Of a stretch of 64,000 nt of DNA, positions 1 to 13,100 are shown one piece after another. The translations under genes and the position numbers were made by a program. The stretch is from Sarea resinae. Taxonomy: Eukaryota. Where the stretch lies: the NCBI GenBank assembly GCA_026026165.1, contig JAPEUD010000002.1, forward strand, positions 310,001-374,000, in the 5' to 3' direction. Within the stretch, counting starts at the first letter, position 1, and every line of letters starts with the position of its first letter. The notes under the pieces are model-generated. The model saw only the letters and a program-made list of their open reading frames with translations. It was not told the DNA's origin and made no database searches.

Positions 1-1
1 C

Positions 2-1288
2 TCGGCCAAGCGCCAGAAGCCAAATGCCCTGCAACGAGCTGCTCCCCTTGCCGACCGCATGCGCCCCACCACTCTCGATGAAGTCGCTGGCCAGTCTCTC
101 GTCGGGCCAACGGGCATCCTCCGCTCCCTCATCCTCCAGAATCGCATCCCGTCGATGATCCTCTGGGGCGGGCCCGGTACTGGAAAGACTACCATCGCGC
201 GCGTCATAGCCAACACATCCGGCTCGAAGTTCGTTGAGATCAACAGCACGTCTTCAGGGGTAGCCGAATGCAAACGGCTGTTCGCGGACGCCCGCAACGA
301 GCTATCTCTTACCGGCCGCAAAACTATCATCTTCTGCGACGAGATCCACCGCTTCTCGAAGTCGCAACAGGACGTCTTCCTCGGGCCCGTCGAAAGCGGC
401 GCCATCACCCTCATCGGCGCCACGACCGAAAACCCGAGCTTCAAGGTCGTGAACCCGCTCCTCTCCCGCTGCCGCACCTTCACTCTCGAAAAACTGTCGC
501 CAGAGACCATCACCACGATCCTGACCCGCGCCCTAGCCCTCGAAGGGCCCCACTATCACCCCGCTGACTCCCCTTCGCCACTCATAGACCAGGCCCTCCT
601 CTCCTACCTCGCGCATTCCAGCAACGGCGACGCACGCACGGCGCTGAACCTCCTGGAGCTCTCCCTCTCCCTCTCCACCCACCCATCCACCACCCCAGCA
701 TCCCTGAAATCCGCCCTCACCACCACCCTCGTCTACGACCGCCAGGGCGACAACCACTACGACACCATCTCGGCCCTGCACAAATCCATCCGCGGCTCCG
801 ACGCCGACGCCGCCCTCTACTACCTCGCACGCATGCTCGCCTCGGGCGAAGACCCGCTCTTCATCGCGCGCCGCCTCGTCGTCTGCGCCAGCGAAGACAT
901 CGGCCTCGCCGACAACACGATGCTCTCGCTCGCCACGGCCGCCTACACGGCCGCCGAGCGGCTCGGGATGCCGGAAGCGCGGATCCCGCTCGCGCACGCC
1001 ACCGTCGCCCTGGCGCTCTCGCCCAAATCGACGCGCGCCTACCGCGGCCTGAACGCGGCCCTGGCCGCCGTCGAGTCCGAGCCCGGCGTCGGCGGCCTGC
1101 CCGTCCCGCTCCACCTCCGCAATGCCCCCACGCGCCTCATGAAGGAGAGCGGGTATGGCAAGGACTATAAGTATAACCCGGATTACCGCGACGGCCGGGT
1201 CGCGCAGGACTATCTGCCGCCCGAGCTGAAGGACAGGCGGTTTCTGGACCGCCGCGATCTGGGCGTCAAGGTTGATCCGGATTTATAG
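2..1288 (+). CDS. MGS1: DNA-dependent AAA+ ATPase Mgs1/WRNIP1/RarA (5' part lies outside the window)
   Basis: PLADRMRP, Walker A GGPGTGKT, Walker B IFCDEIHRF, GATTENPSF, YDTISALHKSIRGSD, SEDIGLAD, VPLHLRNAPT. The frame is open back to base 2. Confidence 0.96.
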   Translation, partial: SAKRQKPNALQRAAPLADRMRPTTLDEVAGQSLVGPTGILRSLILQNRIPSMILWGGPGTGKTTIARVIANTSGSKFVEINSTSSGVAECKRLFADARNELSLTGRKTIIFCDEIHRFSKSQQDVFLGPVESGAITLIGATTENPSFKVVNPLLSRCRTFTLEKLSPETITTILTRALALEGPHYHPADSPSPLIDQALLSYLAHSSNGDARTALNLLELSLSLSTHPSTTPASLKSALTTTLVYDRQGDNHYDTISALHKSIRGSDADAALYYLARMLASGEDPLFIARRLVVCASEDIGLADNTMLSLATAAYTAAERLGMPEARIPLAHATVALALSPKSTRAYRGLNAALAAVESEPGVGGLPVPLHLRNAPTRLMKESGYGKDYKYNPDYRDGRVAQDYLPPELKDRRFLDRRDLGVKVDPDL

Positions 1289-1529
1289 ATGATAATGATT
1301 GTGTGGGGAGGGGGGAGAGAGGGAGGGGGGGAACGTGGTGGCGGTTTTCCCGTTACGACGATCTAGTCTGGACGGACCGTTTGGCCTGGCTGGCTAGCTG
1401 ACTAGCTGACTATCTAGCGGCCACTTCCCATTCTACCTACCTACTACCCCATCATCTCCGTTTCCGTCCCACTCACTCCTACCCTCCTACCCTCCCTCCC
1501 TCCCTCCCTCTCCCCACATTCTCCTTTCC

Positions 1530-1872
1530 CTCATACCATCATACCATCATACAATCATACCATCATACAACCATACACATACCAGTATACCATTTCCCCC
1601 TACATCTAAAAACCCCAACGGCGTTTTTCTTATACTCATGCAGCGAGGCGTACGTATAGCAGCACCCAGTCAGTTCACAGCCAGTCTTCAAGGATTAGAT
1701 ATGATTAGATAGGGTTAGAAAAGGGGGAAGCATTCCACTATTGTTCTCATGTAGCCCCCTTTTTTTGGCTATGGAAAGAAGGAGAGCATATGGTATATGG
1801 TGTATCTACCTTGCGTGTGTGTGTATGTGTATGTATGTGTGTGTGAGCGACAGAGAGAGAGAGAGAGAGAGA
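1530..1872. repeat. Microsatellite cluster: (CATAC)n-like, (GT)n, (GA)n
   Basis: Short tandem repeats visible between the convergent MGS1 and IES2 3' ends. Confidence 0.85.
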
Positions 1873-2138
1873 AATGTAAGCTGAGTGAGCTCTTGATTGC
1901 ATGGATGCGTCCCCGGCGCCGTCGTGCATGGGAAAGATCGATCGATCGGTTGATGGAAAAAAACCCCGCGCCAGGTGAACCAAAAGAAATAGAACCCCCG
2001 GTCCATGAACACCCACACATCCGGCCATGGAAGAAAGAAAGAAAACCCCCGAACCTAGAAAGACGCGAGAGACAAGAGACAAGAGAAGGAAAGCCAAAGA
2101 AAAAAACAAACAAGCAAGCCAGCAAGCCAATAAACGGC

Positions 2139-3621
2139 TCAAGCCTCAGCCTCAGCCTCCGGCTCGACAATCTCCTCGATCATGCCAAAGACGCTGCCGA
2201 CGGGTTTACCGCCCCACTCGGCCGGCACCCCCACCCGCACGCCGTCGCTCGACGACACCCAGCGCACGAACAGCGGATTCGCCTTCTCGAACACGGCGGG
2301 CGCGTCGCCGTCGGCCGGGTTGGGCGTGGCGTCGCCGTTGGTGGCAGTGGCGGCGGTGTCGACTGCGCCGCCTGCAGCGGCACGACCGCGGCGTTTCGGG
2401 GCTTGTTTCTTAAGGAGCCGGTTGATGGTGTCCATCTGGTGGTCAAGGGGTCAGTATCTTCTTTTTTGGAGAGGGGGGGGGGGGATGCGGCAAGGTGGGG
2501 CTGGAGACGATCGGGAAGGGTGCTTAGGTAGTGGGGATGAAGAATGCGTGTGGAGTTGTAGATAGATATACCTTTTCCTCTTCGTTGCGCTTCTCGCTCA
2601 GATTCTTTCTCCGACGAGCCATTTCGGCGCGGCGCATGGCGTGTTCTTCGGCCGTGAGGTGCTTCTTGACTTTGGCTTCTGCAGGCGCGTGAGTGAGTGA
2701 CGTCTTCTAATTTGAAACATGTGGAATTGAGAAAGTAGAAGGGCATCAACATGTGGACATACCTGACGGGAGAGCCAGCAGTTCGCCGGTCATCGCGCCG
2801 CGTTGTCTTCGCGTCAATTTGTTGATGTCCGGCGTGCTGGCTCGACTGCCTCCAGCGGGGGTCTCGTCATCGCTATCGGCTGGGTCTTCGTCCTCATCCT
2901 CTTCATCTCCGACTTCCTCGCCTTCGGCATCTTCTTCGCCTCCTTCGTCCATCTCTTCGGGTTCCTCTTCGGACTCCAGTTCCGAGAGCTCCTCGTCATC
3001 GTCATCGTTGTCGTCTAATCCCATCTCTTTCGATTCGACACTCTGTATTTTGCCATTGCTGGCTGGTGTAATTGTAAGACTAGGCTTGGCACCTACTGGA
3101 GCCGCTTTTGATATCACTATCGGTGGTGGGGGGGCATCGTCCATGTCGGCATCGCCATCCGCATCAGCATCCGCATCCGCATCCGCGTCATCATCTTCAT
3201 CCTCCACAACGTCGCTTTCCTCTTCGACGTCCTCGTCCATTGCATCATCGTCGTCGTCGTCCTCTTCCTCTTCCTCTTCGCTGTCACTATCCTCGACGAT
3301 TGCCTTCTTCGCACGGCTGCCACGAGGCCCACTCACGATCTCGCCCCCAACAAAGTTGTCCCGTGAGTTGACCGACACGTTTTGACGCGCACCGCTCGTG
3401 GCTTCGCGGAGCTTGCTAGAGGCGACCTTGACGGTAAGGCGCATGGACTTGGCAGGGTCTTCCTTCGGTTGGGCCGGGGGATGCGCGACCGTGATCGAGG
3501 ACATTGGGGAGGACGCTGGATCGGGGGCGGCTCGACGTCGCCGGGACATGTTCGTCGCAGGAGGACTAGGCGGAGCTACTGTCAGCGGTTTGCGAGAGCG
3601 GAGAGACCGTGAGTTGCTCAT
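2139..3621 (-). CDS. IES2: INO80 complex subunit Ies2 (PAPA-1 domain). Exons 3621-2763, 2678-2572, 2435-2139; a possible upstream exon lies at 4163-3970
   Basis: Acidic N-terminus, KLTRRQR, spliced LTAEEHAMRRAEMARRRKNLSEKRNEEEK|MDTINRLLKKQAPK, and FVRWVSS..GVRVGVPAEW. Introns are GT-AG and in phase. Confidence 0.92.
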
Positions 3622-3987
3622 GGTGGTGTAGAACAGTAACAAATGCCAAAAGAGTCTAGTGATTTCTCGCAGGAATGGATATTTTGAGACGTGCAGCTAC
3701 GGGATGGAGGGCGAAGGCTGGCGACGAGACGATCTCGGGGATCTCATGCAAATGCAAAGGCCCGAATGCAGCTCGTCGTGATCCACCTCATCGGCACGGT
3801 CCATACAGCATACAGAAAAGCAGCAAGTGTCATGCGCGAAGCAGATGCAAAAGGGCAATCGATGCCTCCAGCGCGGGCCTCGGCGATGCGATGCGATGTG
3901 ATGCGATACGATGCGAAGTGCAGAGACCGAAGTGCAAGTGAAGTGGTCACAAAGGAAAGAGCGACTCACCTGGCTCGAGCACTTTCT

Positions 3988-3988
<1 letters not shown>

Positions 3989-4020
<32 letters not shown>
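3989..4020. repeat. (CTG/CAG)n trinucleotide repeat, read as polyQ on the minus strand
   Basis: gctgctgct... run inside the minus-strand ORF 4163-3966. Confidence 0.9.
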
Positions 4021-4572
4021 GGAAGACCCCTGCTTCTGTCCTTGGTGGGGATCCAATCGTCGGGGCTGCCAGTACTGTCGTCGTCGTAGTCGGTGCTGAG
4101 CCCTCTCAGTCGCTTAGCCGGTCTCTCCGCAGGATGATTGGTATTGGTATTGGTGTCTGACATGTTGATGATGCGGCGGCTATTGTGGTGGCCCAGGGGA
4201 AGGGCGGCAGTAGTGCAGTGGACAGTGGAGAGGAACACGGACGGATACGGATACGGATACGTATTGAGTGCTTGCTCGGAGTATGGGTTGATGCACGGTA
4301 TCGAGATCACTCAGATCAGAATGTCCAAGCTGGAGGTGTTGAAGGTGAAGGTGTTGAGCCTGGCACGGAGACTTCGCTGTTGATAGGCAGGTACCTGGCA
4401 TCAGGCGCAATCACCGGCAGGCAGAAGGTCTCTGGCTACCTCACCCTCCATGCCGAGGTACTTCGTGCTTCGTACTTCCCCACGGTCCCTAGCCGTCATC
4501 GCATCTGGAGCTTCCACTCGACTCGACACTCGACACAGCATCACCACCACCAACGAGCCAATCTCCCTCGCG

Positions 4573-5825
4573 ATGGCCGACCCAGACCAGAAACAGCGAA
4601 AGGGAGGTCCGGCCATTCCTCAGTGGCAACGGAAAGACTGCTCGGAAGGGCTGACGGCGGAAAAGGCTTCGTCCGAAGCTCCATCGGAGAAACCATCTCG
4701 GGCGTCGCTCCTCGAACAAGCGTCCCGTTTCCTCGAAGACGACGATATCCGAGACGCCTCCACCGACCGCAAGGTAGCCTTTCTCGAGTCGAAAGGCCTC
4801 ACCAACGACGAAATCGACAGTCTTCTCGGCGTCTCGCGCAATACCGAGGCATCAGCATCCACATCAGCCGCCCCTACAACATCCTCGGGCCAGCAAATAG
4901 AGGTATGAGCCGTTACCTCCCATTAACCCATAGTCTATTTTGACGCCGATTCCAGCAGAAGAGTCCCCAAGAGCCATCTGACCCGAAAAGCCCCTTGTCA
5001 CCGCCGGGAACAGCCCAAATACCCCCTCCTTCTCCACCCTCACAGCAAAAGGACGTCCCACCTGTGATAACGTACCCCGAATTCCTCGCTCATGCCCACA
5101 GACCCCCACCACTAGTAACCTTCCGACGCCTTCTCAACACCTTCTATGCGGCCGCCGGCACAGCTCTGACCATCTACGGCGCCAACAAGTACCTCGTCGC
5201 GCCCATGAGGGAAGCGCTGACCTCAGCCCGCCATGACTTCGCCTCGACGACGCAGTCGAACCTCGATAACCTCAATGAGAAACTCGAGGGCGTAGTCTCC
5301 GAGGTCCCGCCACCACGTCCGACTGGCCAGGCAAAGGAGGGCGATGCCGTCGCCTCATCATCCGACGCTGAATCAGACACGTCAGATCCGACGGAGCTGT
5401 TCCACCGGGACATGGGCACGCAAACATCTCCCCCATCCCTCTCGCCCTCTGCCCGCTCCCCCTCTTCTTCCCCACCTTCGAAACCCGATACCGCAATCGA
5501 CACCCAAACGACAGCCCTTGCAACCCTCCACACCTCCCTGACTTCCCTCCTAGACTCGGCCACCGATCTCACAGACTCGAATCTAGAAACCACACTGCGC
5601 CTTCAGGAGCTTACGAACTACCTGAACGACATCTCGTACTCCAGCCCCTACTATCTCGGCAATGGCGCTTTCAGCGGCGCAGGCAACGGCATGGCCAAGG
5701 ACAAAGACGATCTGGTCAACAAAGTCAAGGCGGAGATCAGGGGCGTCAAGGGCGTGTTTTTATCAGCGAAAAATTTCCCTGCTAGTAGTGGCCCTGCCGC
5801 GAGACCCGGCGCGATTGCGAGGTGA
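4573..5825 (+). CDS. PEX33: Peroxisomal docking protein with Pex14_N domain, most like the filamentous-fungal Pex14/17 (Pex33). Intron from 4903 to 4955 or 4958
   Basis: Pex14_N motif ASRFLEDDDIRDASTDRKVAFLESKGLTNDEI, PPVITYPEFL...PPLVT, a hydrophobic segment, coiled coil, and C-terminal VKAEIRGVKGVFLSAKNFP. Confidence 0.8.
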
Positions 5826-6297
5826 ATTGAAACAAAAGCGCCTGTGAGCATTCTGAGTATCGGACTTTTGGCAGTTTTTTTACGGCGTGGAAGGGAGGGA
5901 GCGAGCTATCTTACACGGTGTTGGAACGGAGAAAGCGCGGTGCGCAATCATATTATACCTACCTTGCGATTTATAAGCCCTGTCCTTTTATCAATCGACT
6001 TTTCAAATAGTACTTCAATGTTAGTCTTACTGGATGGAAGGACGATCTTTCAACTCTTGACTGAACATATACTTCAAGAATGACTGGGCGTTGACGAATC
6101 TCTCCTCACACTAGTAAGCTTTGAGGTCCCACCTGGTCCGCCCTTCAAAGGAGATGACTGGCTCAAGGTCCAGGTGCGAGATGAAGCCACAAGACATGGC
6201 GATAAGAGTAAATTGCGTAGAAATCAACCGCTTCATACAACACACCAAACGCATCTCGAAGGTAGCTAGTTTTCACGAATGATTGCGAAGGCATCCT

Positions 6298-6830
6298 TCA
6301 ACTTAGTTTGGAATTCGTAGGACGTTCTGGCAGTATTTCGCTAGCTTGTCCTGAAGTTTCCCCGTCCGAGCCAGCTTTTCCCGGTTCCTTTTCCTTTGAT
6401 TCTCCACCCCAGATATTGAACAGAGACCATCGTGACTTTTCTTGGCCTTGTACATCTGTGTTGTTCTGGGCTGCAATAGCGCCCACTACGGGCTCCGCAT
6501 CTCGAGGTATATCAGCCGTCGTTGGCTCGGAGGCGGTTGTTGGTTCGGACTGGTTCCTTGAGATGCTATTAGGAACTGCACACTGGACAATCCAAGAGAG
6601 GTCGTACTTGTCCGCCTCCATACTCTGCTTTTCCTTCTCTAGCTTCTCCTTCTCTAGCTTCTCCTTCTCTAGCTTCTCCTTCTGCTGGTCTTGGAAAGCA
6701 GGGCCGAATATTGCCACGCCTGTCAAGCAATGAGCATTTCGCGGACCGGTAGAATTTTCACCAAGGGCATACCATTGAGCACCCCAAAGCCCGTCGCTAT
6801 GGCGATAGGCAGGAAACCGCGCCTACTCAT
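6298..6830 (-). CDS. Small protein with an N-terminal hydrophobic/TM segment and (EKEKL)n coiled coil. Intron 6772-6720 and a likely in-frame intron 6607-6557
   Basis: ATG at 6830 gives MSRRGFLPIAIATGFGVLN; G|GTATGC...TTGACAG| joins it in phase to GVAIFGPAFQDQQKEK. Confidence 0.75.
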
Positions 6831-7130
6831 GGCATTGGGTCGCGATACTTCCGCTGTCGACTGAATCACACATCATACAATTGAAAGCATCATCGCCAGG
6901 AATTGAGGTAGAGGCTCTACTCATAGTAGACGCGCTAGCCGGGATGGAGCGAGTGAGAAGGCGGGCGGTAAGCGAATCGTCTGCTACGCGTGGTGGACAC
7001 TTGCTCGGCGCGTCAACCTTCAAGGGCTCCAGTGGTACTCATAGTGGTCGCTGACATAATTCAACACCCGCGACACCCACGAAGACAAAACTGACAGTCA
7101 ATGCCACCACCGGGATGACAGCAAAGGCAA

Positions 7131-10100
7131 ATGTTGGAATGGAGGGATCGTGGGTTCGTTCCGGACTCGGACGACGAAGATGACTCCCAGGAAGTCGCTG
7201 TCCAGGAATCTCTAGGGCCAAAGGTGGCTCTGGAAGTCAGTTCATCCCAGGACTGTGACGAGTTGGCTGGCGAGGATGAGGTGGCCACGAGGGGCTGTGA
7301 TGATGCAAGCCAGGGGAGCCCGCGGGCTCGACGGACGGGAGTGAAGATAGTGGATCTTAGTGGCTACCAGAGCGACAGTTCGGTGATACTCAGGAGATTC
7401 CCTCCCTCTTCGCATCTCACTGACAGGTAATCGCAGGACGAGATTGTCTCAGGGAATCGGTCCACCTCGGTGAAGGAGCCAGCCGTAAATCAACCAGCAG
7501 CCGATGAGCACGATGAAGTCCCCCAGGATGCCTTTCGAGAACCCTTTTTGTTACCATCTTCACCGCCACTGCCAGGAGAGTATCTGGGAGAGCAACGTCC
7601 AGATCCGGCATCCCCAGTCCTTCGCCGAGATGCGGTGCTGTCAAATCTGGATACTTCCACACCGTCCTCTCCGTTAAGTGAATTATCATCGTCGCCATCT
7701 ACAGTTCTTCCGCAAGAGGACTATACACCAGGCACTAGCGACCAGACAAGAGTAGAGGCACCTCAAGTTCGCGAAGTGTCCCCCAATCATAATCTATCAC
7801 ATAGCGAGCTTCGAGAACACGAGGAAATCGTTGCTGCTCACACTGAGCAGATCCGTCGTTCCCTCAGGCAACGAAATCCGATACAGCTTCATCCTTATAT
7901 GCTAGAAGGCGAGAGATATCGGCAGTTTCTGAAAGCACGTGGTTTAAAGCCTCTTCGGATAGCCCAAGCCGAGGCAGAGAGGGCAAGAATTGCTGCTCAT
8001 TATTCGTCTGACACGGACTTTGAAGCAGAGAACGCCAGCCAAAACGTGAGCTCTCAGCCGCCACAGTCCTCGCCTCCCTTGGCGACGAACGAAGGGGAAA
8101 ACAGCCAGGCACCCATACCCCCCATCAATAACATAGAAGACGACTTTCCCGATATAGACGTGCTTTTACACCGCAACTTGGAAGGAGCAGTCCGAGAAGG
8201 CCCTAAGAGACGTCGGATCTCTCAGAAAAACACGAAAGAGAACGTCTTGATATATCCAAAGACGGCCAAATCTACGAAGGAGGTGCCCACGCAGCAGCCA
8301 CATGTCATGAAATCAAGCCATATTGAACTGGGAGATGAGATATGGGATGTGCCGCTTTCGCCGCCATTGTCGCAAGATCAGTCAGGGACCCCTGAATCCA
8401 ATCCCATCGCTGAGACTTTCAGATTTCCTCGTGGCCTCTCGCCAGTACGCTTACAGACACCAATGGCCTCCTCGGAATTGAAGAGGCGGTCGTTACTTGA
8501 ACCATTAGACACGGAAGATGAATCTGAACCTAGGTGGCGCTCACAGACGCGATCTCGAGCATCTTCCAAGCCAAGGTCAGGTTCAACATCTACTGATGTT
8601 TCGGTTGAGCTTCGTAGTGTGCAGCGAAAGATCAAAGGAGTTCTGCCAGCCTCTTGGCTGAGACTGGACCAGCAGAGTAAGCCGGCGGAACAACCACAGC
8701 ATCGGAACCCATCACCGAGGAAGACTCAATTTCAGCGAGGAGTAGCAAGAAGAGTACCAGGCTCGCACAGTAAGAGTCCAGCTACACCTTCGGTCCGCAA
8801 AGACGTCATCGAGATATCAGATGGATCTTCCAGTCCGGACCCAGGGACACCTCCACTTAGGCACCCTTTTGAGGAACAGTTGAATCTACTAGGACCTGGA
8901 CCTGGAGATGTAGAAGAGGATAATCGCATCGATTTTATGGTTCCTGGTAGGGCCCGATCTGAGTCTGCCGCGAAGCACAGTAGACCCAAAAAAAGGGAGC
9001 TGAAAAAGCAGTCATCAGCTCATGGTCTTTTCAAAGATCATCATGCACCCCATTGGCGGCAGCCTAAAATAACGGATGACGTCAGTTCAAAGAAGCCACA
9101 AAAGCCACGAAAATCGAAGCCAAAGCCAAAAGCTCCCAGAATGGGTATCCTTGACGCTCCTAATTCGGCCTCGAAAACAGCTCCACGTTTCCTTAAAATT
9201 GCATCTCGACAAGCGCGTGCTCGAAGGGATCTTGGGAGACACTCTCCTAACCGAAAGGTTATCAAGCTGCATACACGGCAGGACACGGTAGATGCGAATG
9301 AAACCCTTCGACATTGGCGGAAGGGATCTATCGGCCCGACGGACGACCGCGAGGGTACAACAAGTTCACGTTTGCCTCTGAAAAATAGATCTGCCAATGA
9401 GCAGCAAGCACCCAGACTACGGCAAGTCGTCAATCTAGAGAGGCCCAGTAGCCTGGACGTCAGAAGTCAGCGATCGCCACGGTCCGTGGAGTCCGTCAAA
9501 ACTCCAGCGAAGTTGGCTCCTGTTTTCCATCCAAAATCTGCCATACATTCCCTGTCTTCAAGTAAGCTTGTCATCAAGCCACAGGGTCGAAAACATCTCA
9601 AGGCACCCTTTCGAGATCAATTAAAGACTCGTCCGGCTCAGCTGGAATCTTTGGAATCTGATTATGACCGTCATCACCCTCGAGCGGCTTTCCAGCGTCG
9701 GCTTGCCAATTTAGATCGTCTCTATGACAGATCAAGCAAGAACGCAGTGACAGCGAACGTCCAGCTTCAAAGGTTCCTTGCCGACAAAAACGTTGTTGCT
9801 AGTGCAGCGAAACCCATTGCTGCTCAAGCAGATTTACCAAAGAGGGCACCGAAAGGTCGGAGAAAAAACCCCGCTCGACGAATTGACGCGGACGCTTTTG
9901 AGTACCGCCAGCCAACTGAGCCCATCCTTATCGATGATCGCGAGAGCACCAGACAGTCAGACGAGGACTCTGAACAGCATAAGTTGCTTCACTTGGGCCC
10001 TTTTGGCACGACCTATACCGTGACTTTTGATGTAACGCCTTTGAAAGCAGGGACGTTCTTCCATGAAAGCACATTTATAGGTAATGGAGAATTTGTAAAA

Positions 10101-13100
10101 GCTCTCAATACTCTGCCTGCGCGAGACCTTGACACGTCAACTGGACAAAGCGTCTACCGATTTCAAGAGCAGACACTTCGCTGGTCGTGCTGGAACGATG
10201 ATGTGTCTTCCGAACTTGGTCTGCTCTTCGACTGGGTTGGGCAGTCACTCAAAAACAGTCAAACGGCATCGCAAAGTCCCAAAGGCTTGTCGATGCTGTC
10301 AGGGCTCCTTCGGTTCATTGTCAACTACTTCACGGGCTCGTTAAGTTTTACAGAATCGACTGATCGGACATCCTGTTTACTACGATCCCTTGCGCTCCTG
10401 AATGCTTTGTGTGAACGACTAAGGGGGCTTGAATCATCGTCGGAGACGCTGGACGGGGCAGTCTTCAGCTCTGCCATGCAAACTTCTGCATACGGCCTTG
10501 TTCTTGCTAATTTATTACGCCTAATAGCCGAAGACGAGACAGTGGAAGTCGAAATAAAAGCCAAGACCCGGGCTTCATTGCAAGCCATTGCTCGATCGCT
10601 AATTTGTTTGCTGATGAAGTCGAATCTGGACGATGTACGAGCCTTTTTCGAGGACAATAAACACCACCAGAAGCGTGAGGCCGGCATCCGAGATGTTCAT
10701 GTCAGTATTGAATGCTGGGTCATCGCACTCAATGTGCTAGGGCGAGCAAGATTACCTGGCGTCGGGTTTTGGGACCTAGTCAATCAATTCCTCGGTGATG
10801 ACACCTCCAATACTTACGACGCGAGAATTTTTGAACGGGTATGGTATAACGTCATGAGTCTGCTTCCTCTACAAGAGTTTGATGAATATGGCGTTGTCGA
10901 ACCTGGTCGGCGCTTTCGGAGTTCTTTTGAAAACTGGGTACCAATCAGGGCAATCTTGAACCGGCTTTTTGCCATCTATACCAAAGATCCGGGAGGTCAG
11001 GGGCCAACGTTCAACGCTTACTGTAGAGCATCACTGAGCCGCTGTCACAACCTCATCCAGGCTTGGGGCTGGTACAAATGCGAAAGCATCATCGGCACTG
11101 TCTTCGATTTCTTTGCTGCTAATAGTCTTGCGCATCTACGCAACGAAGAAAGTCATGGATCACCTCGGTTCCTCGAGCAGCTAGACATGGAGCCTTCACT
11201 GGATGTTGAGTCGAGTGATCGATGCTTCCATATCTTCCTCAAGATCATCGCCGTCGGCCTGAAAAACATGCGTGCAGCATATTCAGATAAAAAGATTCGT
11301 GATGTAGCGTGGCGTCTAATGCCTAACCATGGACGTCTATATCCAAAAGATGAGGCTGTTCGTCGAGAGGATCTGGACTCGTTGCGAAATCATCATGATC
11401 TTCTCTGCACCCTTTACTGGGCATCACCTCCTTCATTCCGGCCAAAGCTTGATGTCATTCGCAACTTGGTGTCTCCTGAAACATCACATCGGGAAGCATG
11501 TCATCTAAGCTTGCGAGCTTGGTCCAATCTTGTTCGTTTCCAGCTGGCTACTGACGAACCAGCGCCAGCTCTGGAACCGTTTGCTTCCTGGCATAGTGAT
11601 ATCGTCCGACAAATTCTGCTGCAGCACAGTCTTGCGAGAACAGAGGCCGAAGCTTTCTTCGCCAGGTCGGTTGGCATCACTTCTGATATGCTTGAATCGA
11701 CGATCCGAAGGAATCAAAAACAAGTCGAAGCAATCATCAGTGACGCTCTCTTGTCAATGAAAACTGCAATTAGCTTGGCTAGAAGTGTCGACTCCGCAAA
11801 GGCCATGCTGACGACAGGTATGCGCTTCCTTCAGGCCAATGTCACTATCTAACTTCAAACAGCCTCGACGGTTGATATTTTCGCTCTCTTTGATGTGAAA
11901 AAGCGCCAAACAAACGACATCATCCTCCAAGCACTCGAAATCATTGCGGAATATTTGGCCCAACTCGGAAGATTGTCAAAGCCTGAATCGCAGTCAGTCA
12001 ACGAGGACAGTCAAGAGTACGGGGATTGGCTGGCCTTTGAAGAAGTAGCTCAAGAGCTCTCGGAAGAACATGTGGAAGAAGCCATTGAGGTAAGAGTTTT
12101 GATTTTGGTGCTGACCTGTATTAACAGTGGTGTCAATGTTAGTATGTTCCTGCTGCTATCTACGATGGACTTGCTCGTCTCCTTTCAAACGCGTTTGGAG
12201 CGGACACTGTTCCAGAAGAAGCAATTTTACTGAAGGTGACGGAGACATGGGCTTCGATGGCTGTGTGTATGGTGAAGTATGGAGTCAAGGTAGCTAGCCA
12301 CAGTCTGTGTCTTCTATTCATACTGACAGGTTCAAGCAATGGGAGAACTATATCGGCTCTTACGGGCATGACTCCTGGTCGTCCCTCAGAAACACGACAC
12401 AAACCAGGAAGTACTCCGCCTATTTTATGTCGAAGGCTGTGGAAAAGGACCATTCTAGTTGTCAGGTAAGTCACTTGCCACCTAGCTCTGGATACCACTC
12501 ACATCAGCAGGACAATCTCCAATCCTTCTTGGCATCCTGGTTATCTTGTCTTGTTGAGCCAGAGCCGATGCTTTCATTTCAACATCACTTTACAGCAGCT
12601 CTTTTGAATGCACACCTTGGGACTCCTCTCCTAAGGAATCTTCCGTTCTGGAGTAATGACACCGGAAAATACGTGATCAGTGCTCGTGACTTTTGCGAAA
12701 GGAGATTGTCTCTCATTTCTAGTATGTGGTTCTGCGGGCGTCCTTTTCTTTGCTAATTGTTGCAGCTGTCCTATCCAACATGCGAACGTCATTGGAAGAA
12801 ACAATCTCTTCAGCCCCGGAGGATGTCATCATTCTGAAGCAGCAATACAAGGACCTGCTGAAGCATCTCATGGCAAGTATGAAGGATAACTACCAGGAGA
12901 TTCGAAAAGACGCCCAGCCATACGTCGACTTTGTACAGAATGTCGTCCAGCTGTTACAACAGCATGCATCCGATATCTGCCCTGTGGACAAGTTCTTTAC
13001 CGAGTCCACCTTCCCTCTTCCTGCGACTGACCCGACTTATGTTGTCGGACGATTAAAGAATTACGGTCTTCGCCTGGTCGAGTCAAGAACGCCAAAACAG

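Noticed and set aside
1747..2531. ORFs running through GT/GA microsatellites
   Set aside because: Artefacts of stop-free simple repeats and of the antisense strand of IES2.
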